DNA of 41,304 nucleotides from a virus, in the IMG/VR virus record IMGVR_UViG_3300045988_027240, positions 1 through 41,304 of that record. One strand, 5' to 3'. Positions 13,025-19,655 of the stretch are shown here, in pieces. Numbering within the stretch: the stretch's first letter is position 1; the number at the start of each line of letters is the position of its first letter. The position numbers and the translations under genes were made by a program. Under the pieces are notes generated by a model. The model was given only the letters and a program-made list of their open reading frames with translations, was not told the DNA's origin and did no database searches.

Positions 13025-14104
13025 ATGGAGACCTGCATCAGATGTCGCGCGGAGCTGCCGCCTGGGGCGCTCTATTGCCCCGCCTGCGGGAAAAAGCAGG
13101 TGCCGGAAAAGCGCAAGGCCCTCAAGCGGGCCAACGGCACCGGCACGGTCTACCGCCTGCAGGGCAGGCGGAAGCGCCCCTGGGTGGCGGCAAAAAACCG
13201 GGTAGTCATCGGCTACTACGCCAAGAAAACGGAGGCCCTAGAGGCTCTGGAGCGCCTCTCCGGCGTCGATATCTCCGAGCGCTACAATATGACTTTTTCT
13301 CAAGTTTTCGACGCCTGGAAGCAGGAGCACTACCAGGAGATCGGCCCGCACGGCATCGAATCCTATGAGCAGGCGTACAAAGTCTTTGCTCCGCTGCACG
13401 GTCGCAAATTCCGCGAGCTGCGCACGGCAGACTTCCAGACCGTCCTGGATGCCCACATGGGCAAGTCTCACTCCACCGTCTCAAAGTATAAGCAGCTCAT
13501 CACGCAGATGTCCGCCTGGGCCATGCGCGAGGAGCTCGTCACCACAAATTTCGCCAGATTCGCCAAGTTGCCAGAGCAAAAAAAGACGGAAAAAGAGGTG
13601 TTTTCCGCCTCCGACATCGCTAAGCTGCAGGCGGACGATAGCGAGGCCGCCAGGATCGTGCTGATGCTGATCTACACCGGCATGCGCATCGGCGAGCTCT
13701 TCTCTCTGCCCCGCAGCGCTTATTATGGCACCTACGTCATCGGCGGCGAGAAGACCGAGGCCGGGCGCAACCGGATTATCCCTATCTGGCCGGAGGGCCG
13801 GGAACACTTTGCCTACTTCGCCTACTTCTCCTCGCCGGGCGGCCTGCTGCTGGAGAGCTACAAGGGGCACCGGACAACCAACAACTACCGCAAGCGAGAC
13901 TACTACCCGCTGCTGGAGCGCCTGGGCATTGCCCGGAAAACGCCCCACGCTACCCGCCACACCTACGCCAGCATGGCGGTGACTGCGGATATCCGGCCGG
14001 AGCTCCTGCAAAAGATGCTTGGCCATGCAAACTACGCCACGACGGCCAACATCTACCAGCACTTCGACCCGCAGGAGCTGGTCCGGGCCGTAGAGAATCG
14101 CTAG
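13025..14104 (+). CDS. int: tyrosine recombinase (phage integrase) with N-terminal zinc ribbon
   Basis: CIRCRAEL…CPACG ribbon. Catalytic signatures TGMRIGELFSL (R), HATRHTYAS (HxxR) and LGHANYATTANIYQH (Y). Reads toward attP. Confidence 0.9.
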   Translation: METCIRCRAELPPGALYCPACGKKQVPEKRKALKRANGTGTVYRLQGRRKRPWVAAKNRVVIGYYAKKTEALEALERLSGVDISERYNMTFSQVFDAWKQEHYQEIGPHGIESYEQAYKVFAPLHGRKFRELRTADFQTVLDAHMGKSHSTVSKYKQLITQMSAWAMREELVTTNFARFAKLPEQKKTEKEVFSASDIAKLQADDSEAARIVLMLIYTGMRIGELFSLPRSAYYGTYVIGGEKTEAGRNRIIPIWPEGREHFAYFAYFSSPGGLLLESYKGHRTTNNYRKRDYYPLLERLGIARKTPHATRHTYASMAVTADIRPELLQKMLGHANYATTANIYQHFDPQELVRAVENR

Positions 14105-14107
14105 TGA

Positions 14108-14121
14108 TTTGTTAGTAACCG
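14108..14121 (+). repeat. 14-nt direct repeat TTTGTTAGTAACCG, copy 1 (candidate integrase arm site)
   Basis: Perfect second copy at 14315..14328. The two copies bracket the tRNA-like core. Confidence 0.6.
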
Positions 14122-14135
14122 TAACGGTACAAGGC

Positions 14136-14187
14136 CGCACAGGGCCGCACAGGGCGCATTATTTCCCGCTCTGTGCGGCCCTGTGCG
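14136..14187. promoter_or_regulatory. 17-bp perfect inverted repeat CGCACAGGGCCGCACAG / CTGTGCGGCCCTGTGCG with 18-nt loop
   Basis: Read directly, just after the int stop. Could be the int terminator or a protein-binding element of attP. Confidence 0.5.
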
Positions 14188-14208
14188 TTACCATATCGTT
14201 CCGGTCCC

Positions 14209-14255
14209 GCTTGACGTGCAGGGGGTCACAGGTTCGAGTCCTGTACCGTCCACCA
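14209..14255 (+). other. attP core: 3' portion of a tRNA-Val(GAC)-like gene (anticodon loop to CCA)
   Basis: Anticodon loop TTGACGT, variable GGGTC, T-arm ACAGG-TTCGAGT-CCTGT, acceptor ACCGTCC-A-CCA. No D-arm or 5' acceptor strand upstream, so it is a fragment. Confidence 0.7.
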
Positions 14256-14258
14256 CGG

Positions 14259-14295
14259 AAAAGTCCCGAAATCTCAACGATTTCGGGACTTTTTG
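14259..14295. terminator. bidirectional rho-independent terminator (13-bp stem AAGTCCCGAAATC / GATTTCGGGACTT)
   Basis: Perfect stem, 5-nt loop, T-runs on both sides. Follows the tRNA-like 3' end and also ends the minus-strand accessory operon. Confidence 0.8.
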
Positions 14296-14314
14296 CGTCT
14301 GGAAATTTTGAGCG

Positions 14315-14328
14315 TTTGTTAGTAACCG
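14315..14328 (+). repeat. 14-nt direct repeat TTTGTTAGTAACCG, copy 2
   Basis: Identical to 14108..14121. Confidence 0.6.
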
Positions 14329-14338
14329 GTCAGCAACG

Positions 14339-14836
14339 TCACTTTCCGCGCTCCGCGATGCCGTGGTAGTACGCCGCCATCTTGGCCCGGGGGCCGCCGG
14401 CATCGCGATCAAAGAGGAAGGCCTTGGCCATGTCGGCGTAGAACTCCGCCGTGCCGACGCCGTACCGGTTGGCGACGCCGCAGTAGTCGGAGTACATCAT
14501 GCACATGGCAGCCCACCAGCACCAGGGGGAGAGCTGGTCGAAGATCACGCCGACACTCTCGGCCACGGCGGTGGTCTGGTCGACAGTCCAGTGCGGCCCG
14601 ACGGTGCCATCCTCGTTGACCATCTTAGAGCACCAGGCCTCGGCATCGGCCTGGGTGAAATCAGCACCGCCACCGCAGAGAGACTGCTCAGCTGCATCCA
14701 CTACAGACCAGCACTCCAGCATCCCGCGGACACCGTTAGCGGAGCGCTCCCCCGCAGGCATCCCCATGTACTCGGCAATGCCTCGCTCCAACTTGTCCTT
14801 GTAGGCGGTGATGATCTCCTTGGTCAGGTAGCCCAT
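14339..14836 (-). CDS. hypothetical protein (Trp/Cys-rich; motif NEDGTVGPHWTVDQT)
   Basis: 165-aa ORF with ATG start. Last gene of the attP-proximal accessory operon. I recall similar phage proteins but cannot name the family. Confidence 0.55.
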   Translation of the reverse strand: MGYLTKEIITAYKDKLERGIAEYMGMPAGERSANGVRGMLECWSVVDAAEQSLCGGGADFTQADAEAWCSKMVNEDGTVGPHWTVDQTTAVAESVGVIFDQLSPWCWWAAMCMMYSDYCGVANRYGVGTAEFYADMAKAFLFDRDAGGPRAKMAAYYHGIAERGK

Positions 14837-14849
14837 AGTCTACCCCCCG

Positions 14850-15251
14850 TCAGATCCGCTGGACCCGCAGGGCCACGTTGTTGACGGTGGCAGCGGCGCC
14901 GGTCAGCACCAGCGTCAGAGCGGAGCCGGCGGCGCAGCAAGCCTGACGTACCAGCGCCGGGAAGCTGAGGACAGTGGGGGCGCCCGCAGCAGCGGCAGCG
15001 GATGCCGTGGCGCCGGGGATGGCCACGCCGTCCTTGACCAGCGTAGCGGTGACGGTGCCGGCAGCGGTGGGAGCCACGGTGACGGACACGTCCACGTCAT
15101 AGTAGCCGGCATTGGTGATGTTGACCGCATTGCCGTTGAGGTTGGCGTCGCAGCCGTACCGGCGGATGATGCTGCCCAGCGGGATGACCCCATCAACGGC
15201 CACGGCCGTGGGGGTCTGCAGGGCGGTATAGAGAGCAGATTTACAGGACAT
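14850..15251 (-). CDS. BclA C-terminal-domain-like (TNF/C1q-like jelly-roll) protein
   Basis: 133 aa, AAAGGAG SD. The pattern …NITNAGYYDVDVSVTVAPTAAGTVTATLVKDGVAIPGA…LTLVLTGAAATVNNVALRVQRI resembles exosporium BclA-CTD-type domains. Confidence 0.5.
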   Translation of the reverse strand: MSCKSALYTALQTPTAVAVDGVIPLGSIIRRYGCDANLNGNAVNITNAGYYDVDVSVTVAPTAAGTVTATLVKDGVAIPGATASAAAAAGAPTVLSFPALVRQACCAAGSALTLVLTGAAATVNNVALRVQRI

Positions 15252-15278
15252 ATTTATACGCTCCTTTCATAATGTCAA

Positions 15279-15300
15279 GGGCGGGGCATCAGCCCCGCCC
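15279..15300 (-). terminator. intercistronic 9-bp GC hairpin (GGGCGGGGC-ATCA-GCCCCGCCC)
   Basis: Read directly between the stop at 15350 and the start at 15251. Poor U-tract, so possibly an attenuator or an RNA stability element. Confidence 0.35.
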
Positions 15301-15349
15301 GTTTCCCGGCCTAAAGGGGCCTACCATCTCGGCGATGTCGCCAAGATGC

Positions 15350-15946
15350 TCAGATGTTGCCGTTGCAGCCGCCGCAGCCGCAGAAGGGGGACGGACCGGC
15401 GTTGTAGGCGTAGCCGTTGGGATACCGGACGACGCCATACATGCGGTTGTCCATCTCCAGGCTGGCGATGCGGGCGGACTGCTCCGCGATCCGCTGCTCC
15501 AGCTGGCTCTTCTCCAGGGCGGCGAACTTGGCCTCCATGTTGGCGTTCACGCCGTCAATGGCCCGCTGGGTGGTGCAGCAGCACTCGGCAAGCTGGGCCT
15601 GGATGCCATTGGCGCTCTGCATGATGGCCATGTTGGTGCCGTTCTGGGCCAGGGCCATCTCCTTGCCAAGCTGGCCGATGTTGCCCTGCATCTCGTAGCC
15701 GAGGTTACAGATGCCGTTGCCAATGTTGGTGAGGCGGTCGTTGAGCTGGCCGAACTGCTGTCCGTAGAGGATCTCCTGCTGAGATGCGGCCGTGGCGTAC
15801 TGGCCAAACTCGCCCTGGCGATTCCAGCCAAATCCGCCGTTCATGAAGACGAGGAAGAGCAGGATGATCCACCAGCCGCTATTGCCACCCCAGCCGTCGG
15901 CGTCCTTGGTCACGGCGGCGAGATCAGAGAGGGAATAGTTATCCAT
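15350..15946 (-). CDS. membrane protein of unknown function (Gly/Trp N-terminus, one TM, CCC motif, coiled coil, Cys/Gly C-terminus)
   Basis: 198 aa, GAAAGGAG SD. WWIILLFLVFMNGGFGW, GICNLGY, AECCCTT and a C-terminal FCGCGGCNGNI. Resembles uncharacterised Clostridia proteins I recall. Confidence 0.6.
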   Translation of the reverse strand: MDNYSLSDLAAVTKDADGWGGNSGWWIILLFLVFMNGGFGWNRQGEFGQYATAASQQEILYGQQFGQLNDRLTNIGNGICNLGYEMQGNIGQLGKEMALAQNGTNMAIMQSANGIQAQLAECCCTTQRAIDGVNANMEAKFAALEKSQLEQRIAEQSARIASLEMDNRMYGVVRYPNGYAYNAGPSPFCGCGGCNGNI

Positions 15947-15995
15947 ATAAGGCTCCTTTCGCTAAATTTTTATTGATAAACCGTGTCGACCCGGC

Positions 15996-16217
15996 TCATC
16001 TCAGGAAACGTGCGAACTCCTGCGCCTGGCGCTGGAGCTGCTGGAACTGATCCTGGCTCATGCGGCCGTCGGCCAGCATCTCCTGGATCTGCTGCTGGGC
16101 CCGCTGCGGCGTCATGCCGGCGGCAAATTTGCGGAACTCCGCGATCATGGCCAGGGGATTGTTACTCGGCCTTGGGCTTGCGCTGCGGCTTAGCATCTCC
16201 ATCATCGGATTTGCCAC
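15996..16217 (-). CDS. small Gln-rich helical protein
   Basis: GTG 16217 lies 7 nt after GGAGGAG. 73 aa (…QRAQQQIQEMLADGRMSQDQFQQLQRQAQEFARFLR). Overlaps the upstream gene's end. Confidence 0.5.
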   Translation of the reverse strand: MANPMMEMLSRSASPRPSNNPLAMIAEFRKFAAGMTPQRAQQQIQEMLADGRMSQDQFQQLQRQAQEFARFLR

Positions 16218-16551
16218 TCAGCATCTCCTCCAATCTGCGCACGCGATCCTCCAGACTGTTGACATCCACCGGAGCCGCCGCCTGGTAGGGCGCCACGGTG
16301 TACGGGGTGACGGTGGCATAGCCAGCGCCGTCCGTCTGCTTGAGCCACACGATAGGGTCGTTCTCGTCCATCAGCAGGATGGAGCTGTTAGGGGCCATGC
16401 GGAAGGCGTCAGCGCCATTGCGGCCGTTGACGCGGGTAATCTGGCCCCCAAAGGGCTGCGGCCCTCCTACGGGGCTCTGAGGGCCCACAGAGGGGTATCC
16501 GCCGTAGGGGCTGCCGTACGGCGACGGCTGGTAAGGGTTGTAGTATCCCAT
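16162..16551 (-). CDS. protein with a Pro/Gly/Tyr-rich N-terminus and a conserved C-terminal domain
   Basis: AAGGAGG SD. MGYYNPYQPSPYGSPYGGYPSVGPQSPVGGPQPFGG followed by ITRVNGRNGADAFRMAPNSSILLMDENDPIVWLK. First gene of the accessory operon. Confidence 0.6.
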   Translation of the reverse strand: MGYYNPYQPSPYGSPYGGYPSVGPQSPVGGPQPFGGQITRVNGRNGADAFRMAPNSSILLMDENDPIVWLKQTDGAGYATVTPYTVAPYQAAAPVDVNSLEDRVRRLEEMLSGKSDDGDAKPQRKPKAE

Positions 16552-16581
16552 AGCGCACCTCCTTGTCTGCCCTTATGGTAC

Positions 16582-16611
16582 AAAAAATCCGGACAGTCAA
16601 ACTGCCCGGAT
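16582..16611 (-). terminator. rho-independent terminator on the minus strand, immediately upstream of the operon's RBS
   Basis: Minus strand: ATCCGGGCAG-TTTGA-CTGTCCGGAT (10-bp stem with one G-U pair), then TTTTTT. Only 30 nt separate it from ATG 16551. Confidence 0.6.
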
Positions 16612-16688
16612 TCTGCCCGCATTCTGCGGGGATGGCAAAGCGCACAAAAGCCGCCGCCGGTTTTGTGCAGCTCTACAAACCTCAAAAA

Positions 16689-16707
16689 ATACCCCAATTT
16701 GGGGTAT
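16689..16707. promoter_or_regulatory. operator palindrome 1: ATACCCCAA-T-TTGGGGTAT
   Basis: Perfect 9+1+9 dyad. The second copy is centred 31 bp downstream. Confidence 0.7.
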
Positions 16708-16713
16708 TTTCTC

Positions 16714-16741
16714 TTGACAATACCCCAAATTGGGGTATAAT
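16714..16741 (+). promoter_or_regulatory. consensus promoter TTGACA-16-TATAAT for the plus-strand accessory operon
   Basis: TTGACA at 16714..16719, TATAAT at 16736..16741. The spacer is filled by palindrome 2. Confidence 0.75.
16720..16738. promoter_or_regulatory. operator palindrome 2: ATACCCCAA-A-TTGGGGTAT
   Basis: Same half-sites as palindrome 1. Lies between the -35 and -10 and overlaps the -10. Confidence 0.7.
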
Positions 16742-16784
16742 AATAAATGTAATCAAGAGGGGCACAGCCCAGGAGGATAAAAAA

Positions 16785-16976
16785 ATGAAGAACACTATGT
16801 GGTATGCGGTTATGCGGGACAACGACGATACCGATTGGGGCACCGGCAGCAACAACATGGACGAGGCCATCGAGATGGCCAAGACGTACCGCGCCAACGG
16901 GTACGAGGACGCTTACATCGCCGTGATCGACGACGAGGGCGACCCCATCTGCGTGGACGAGATCCGGGATTTTTGA
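16785..16976 (+). CDS. 63-aa highly acidic protein (candidate anti-defence protein)
   Basis: AGGAGG 8 nt before ATG 16785. 16 Asp/Glu versus 5 Lys/Arg (counted). The upstream part of the track ORF is the promoter region. Confidence 0.6.
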   Translation: MKNTMWYAVMRDNDDTDWGTGSNNMDEAIEMAKTYRANGYEDAYIAVIDDEGDPICVDEIRDF

Positions 16977-16989
16977 GGAGAAAAGCGAC

Positions 16990-17241
16990 ATGTATTTTTG
17001 GCGATATGTCAATTTTGATACCGATGAGCAGGACAACTGCTGCGGCGTTTGCGATAGCATCGATTTGGCTCGCAACTGGGCCAAAAAGACTTGGGAGCGG
17101 CAATCCGCCAAGGGATCTTGTCGTGTGGAACTCTGCGAGATCGATACTCAGCTACACTCTACAGATTTGGCATATGCCTTACACAACACCGACAGCAAGA
17201 TCTCTATGCTCGCACAGGTTATAGAGAGATGGGAGCGATGA
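16990..17241 (+). CDS. 83-aa acidic Cys-containing protein, unknown function
   Basis: GAGGAG SD. Motifs CCGVCD and CRVELC. Its stop is overlapped by the next start (ATGA). Confidence 0.55.
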   Translation: MYFWRYVNFDTDEQDNCCGVCDSIDLARNWAKKTWERQSAKGSCRVELCEIDTQLHSTDLAYALHNTDSKISMLAQVIERWER

Positions 17242-17582
17242 TGGACGATAAATTCAGCGCGCTTTTCAGCGCTGCGCTAAAGACGGATGATCGGGATGAG
17301 TATATCTCCGATTGGGCCCTTTCCTCCGAATGGGGAGACGCCGAGGACGCCGAGATTCCCTCCCAGCGGATCAGTGATCTTGGCGCCCTCTGGGACGTGG
17401 CCCACGTCACCATCCGGGACCTTCGGGCGCACACCGGGCTTACTAGGACGGCCTTCGCCCTCCGCTACCTGATCCCGTACCGCTCCGTGGAGAATTGGGA
17501 GCGGGGCGACAGCCAGTGTCCGGATTACGTCCGTCTCCTGCTGGCCCAGGTCACAGGCTTCTACCACCGGCCGGAGGCGTAA
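17238..17582 (+). CDS. HTH (XRE-like) regulator, Aca-like position
   Basis: ATG 17238 is ATGA-coupled. C-terminal TIRDLRAHTGLTRTAFALRYLIPYRSVENWERGDSQCP is an XRE/antitoxin-type HTH. Confidence 0.65.
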   Translation: MMDDKFSALFSAALKTDDRDEYISDWALSSEWGDAEDAEIPSQRISDLGALWDVAHVTIRDLRAHTGLTRTAFALRYLIPYRSVENWERGDSQCPDYVRLLLAQVTGFYHRPEA

Positions 17583-17585
17583 GCG

Positions 17586-18290
17586 ATGGATCAAAAGAAA
17601 AGAGTGGTCCACCGCATCGAGCCCGGCCAGCGCTACGGCAGGCTGACCGTTGTCGCCAAGACGGACCGACGCGTCTCAAACCGGGTCGTCTGGGAGTGCC
17701 GTTGTGACTGCGGGAATACAACCCATGTCACCTCGAACCACCTGGCAAACGGGAACACCAAGAGCTGCGGCTGCGCCCGGACCGGCACAAACCTGCTGGA
17801 CCTGTCCGGGCAGCGTTTCGGGCGGCTCACGGTGCTGCGCCGGACGGACCGCCACATGGGCCACAGCGTCATCTGGGAGTGCCTCTGCGACTGCGGAAAT
17901 ACCGCCTACGTCGCCTCCACCCATCTGCGCAAGGGGAACACCAAGAGCTGTGGCTGTCTTTCCTCCGAGGTCCACCAGGATTCGTTTCGCCCCGCCAGGG
18001 AAAAGAGAGAGCTGGACTACATCGACGGGACCGACGTGAGGGGGCTTATGCAGTCGCCACGCAGGAATAATACGAGCGGGGCCGTCGGCGTCTCGTATGA
18101 TCGATCTGTGCGCCTGTGGAAAGCGGAGATTCGTTTCAAGAAACACCGCTACTACCTTGGATCGAGCCGGGAGAAGGAGGTCGCCGTCGCCATCCGGAAG
18201 GAGGCTGAGAAGCGTATCCACGGGAAGTTTCTGGAGTGGTATTATCAGGAGTTCCCGGAGCGGAAGCCGGAAAAAGAAGCCCTAAAATAA
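17586..18290 (+). CDS. AP2-domain DNA-binding protein with duplicated Cys-rich module
   Basis: Two copies of GxRxGRLTV…WECxCDCGNT…GNTKSCGC. C-terminal AP2 signature TSGAVGVSYDRSVRLWKAEIRFKKHRYYLGS. GGAGG SD. Confidence 0.7.
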   Translation: MDQKKRVVHRIEPGQRYGRLTVVAKTDRRVSNRVVWECRCDCGNTTHVTSNHLANGNTKSCGCARTGTNLLDLSGQRFGRLTVLRRTDRHMGHSVIWECLCDCGNTAYVASTHLRKGNTKSCGCLSSEVHQDSFRPAREKRELDYIDGTDVRGLMQSPRRNNTSGAVGVSYDRSVRLWKAEIRFKKHRYYLGSSREKEVAVAIRKEAEKRIHGKFLEWYYQEFPERKPEKEALK

Positions 18291-18299
18291 TGCAGAAAA

Positions 18300-18324
18300 G
18301 GCCGTGCCCAAATTGGGCACGGCC
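18300..18324. terminator. terminator between convergent operons (GGCCGTGCCCA-AAT-TGGGCACGGCC)
   Basis: 11-bp perfect stem. T-run follows on the minus strand (end of the late operon). Weaker U-tract on the plus strand. Confidence 0.75.
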
Positions 18325-18329
18325 TCCTC

Positions 18330-18590
18330 TTATCCCCTGATGTCGTCCGCCAGGTGGGCGTATGCCCTCCGGCGGAGCTTGTAGAGCCCATCCACGCTGA
18401 GGTTGAGCCGGGCGGCAGTCTGCAGGCAGCTGCGGCCCAGGACGTCCACCTCAACGATGCAGGTCTCCTCGTCCGGCGGCAAGCCCGCCGCACGGACCGC
18501 CTCCGTGGCCCGGCGTGGGGCCATGCCGGAGAGCAGCGCTCTGATCTCCCGGTGCTGTACGTCCATCTTGTCGCCGGACTTGCAGGACAC
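18330..18590 (-). CDS. small sigma-70 region-4-like HTH protein
   Basis: …EETCIVEVDVLGRSCLQTAARLNLSVDGLYKLRRRAYAHL resembles region 4.2. The track start is GTG 18590 and there is an internal ATG at 18566. Neither has an SD. Confidence 0.5.
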   Translation of the reverse strand: MSCKSGDKMDVQHREIRALLSGMAPRRATEAVRAAGLPPDEETCIVEVDVLGRSCLQTAARLNLSVDGLYKLRRRAYAHLADDIRG

Positions 18591-18641
18591 GGCGGGGCCG
18601 TGCGGATGTCGCCATCATCTGGCTTGCCTCCTCTCAAATTG

Positions 18642-19655
18642 TTAGCCCGTCCAGTCGGCGCGGGCCTCGCGGACGTCGATGTGAGTAAAGCCCTGCTTGA
18701 CGTAGACGCCCACGCCGCCCCAGTCGGGCATGATCTCCCGGGCGTAGGCGGCCACCTGGGCCGGGGTCTTGCCACGGACCACGATGTCCGCCGCCGTGCC
18801 GTAGCAGTGCTGAGAACGGGCTACGCCGCCGACCTTGGCGTTGTACTGCGGTGTCCGGTAGGCGCTGTGGATGGTCACCGGGGCCCCGAAGTGGCTCCGG
18901 ATGCTCTGCAGCACCATCACCAGCCGGGGCGCCACCAGGACAGCGTCGGAGCCATCCGTGCACGCGAACTCGCTCACCTTGAAGTTGGTGGACAGCTTTT
19001 TGGAGCCGTCCTGGGCCTTGCTGTATGCGTTGATCTCTACCATAGGCTTGCCTCCCTCCGGCTCGTTATCGTTGAGGTATACCAGGATGTAGTGCTGTAC
19101 TCTCCGGGAGCTTGTAATCCGCTGGCCCTGGAAGTCGCATTGGCTGCTGCCGCCGCTGTCCAGCATCACGGCGCTGGTCCAGCCTGCCCGGGCCAGGTCG
19201 TCCCGCAGGGCCTCCGGCGTCCGGGCGGCAGCGGAGCCGTCCCGGGAGCAGTAGAGAGCCAGCCGGTCGCCCTTGATGCCGATGGCGCTCCGCCCCCGCT
19301 TGCCGCCCTGGCCGGGATCGTAGGTGAGCTTGCTCAGGGCCTTACCGCTGACGATCAGGGGAGTGCAGGCGATGTAATTGCGGGCGCTGTCCGGCAGCGC
19401 GTCCATGCAAATGTCCGGCCCTTGGTCCCAGGCGTAGCCCGCCACGGTGTAGGCGGGAGACGCCAGGACCTTGCCGTCCGCCTTGAGGTGGCAGTTGACG
19501 GCCAGGGTGCGCATGTTGTATAGGGTACCGTTGAGGCCGTAGTCCGCCCCCGTCTCCCGCATGATCTGGGTGAGGGTCCGCCGCCGGGTGTTGACGTACA
19601 CCTGGATGCGGGCAATCCGGGAGAGCGGCACGGTGACGGCGCAGGGGTTACTCAT
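18642..19655 (-). CDS. endolysin: N-terminal phosphodiester-glycosidase (NAGPA/DUF2233-like) domain plus C-terminal peptidase M15A domain
   Basis: N-terminal …RSAIGIKGDRLALYCSRDG…VMLDSGGSSQ. C-terminal FKVSEFAC…SAYRTPQYN…SQHCYGTAADIVV…FTHIDVR (zinc ligands H, D, H). Overlaps the holin stop. Confidence 0.85.
   Translation of the reverse strand: MSNPCAVTVPLSRIARIQVYVNTRRRTLTQIMRETGADYGLNGTLYNMRTLAVNCHLKADGKVLASPAYTVAGYAWDQGPDICMDALPDSARNYIACTPLIVSGKALSKLTYDPGQGGKRGRSAIGIKGDRLALYCSRDGSAAARTPEALRDDLARAGWTSAVMLDSGGSSQCDFQGQRITSSRRVQHYILVYLNDNEPEGGKPMVEINAYSKAQDGSKKLSTNFKVSEFACTDGSDAVLVAPRLVMVLQSIRSHFGAPVTIHSAYRTPQYNAKVGGVARSQHCYGTAADIVVRGKTPAQVAAYAREIMPDWGGVGVYVKQGFTHIDVREARADWTG

Noticed and set aside
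16688-16708. Palindrome 1 flanked by A- and T-runs could be a bidirectional terminator rather than an operator.
   Set aside because: Not fully excluded. However, an identical palindrome without flanking T-runs sits exactly in the promoter spacer 31 bp away, which favours a protein-binding dyad. Listed as an operator with moderate confidence.
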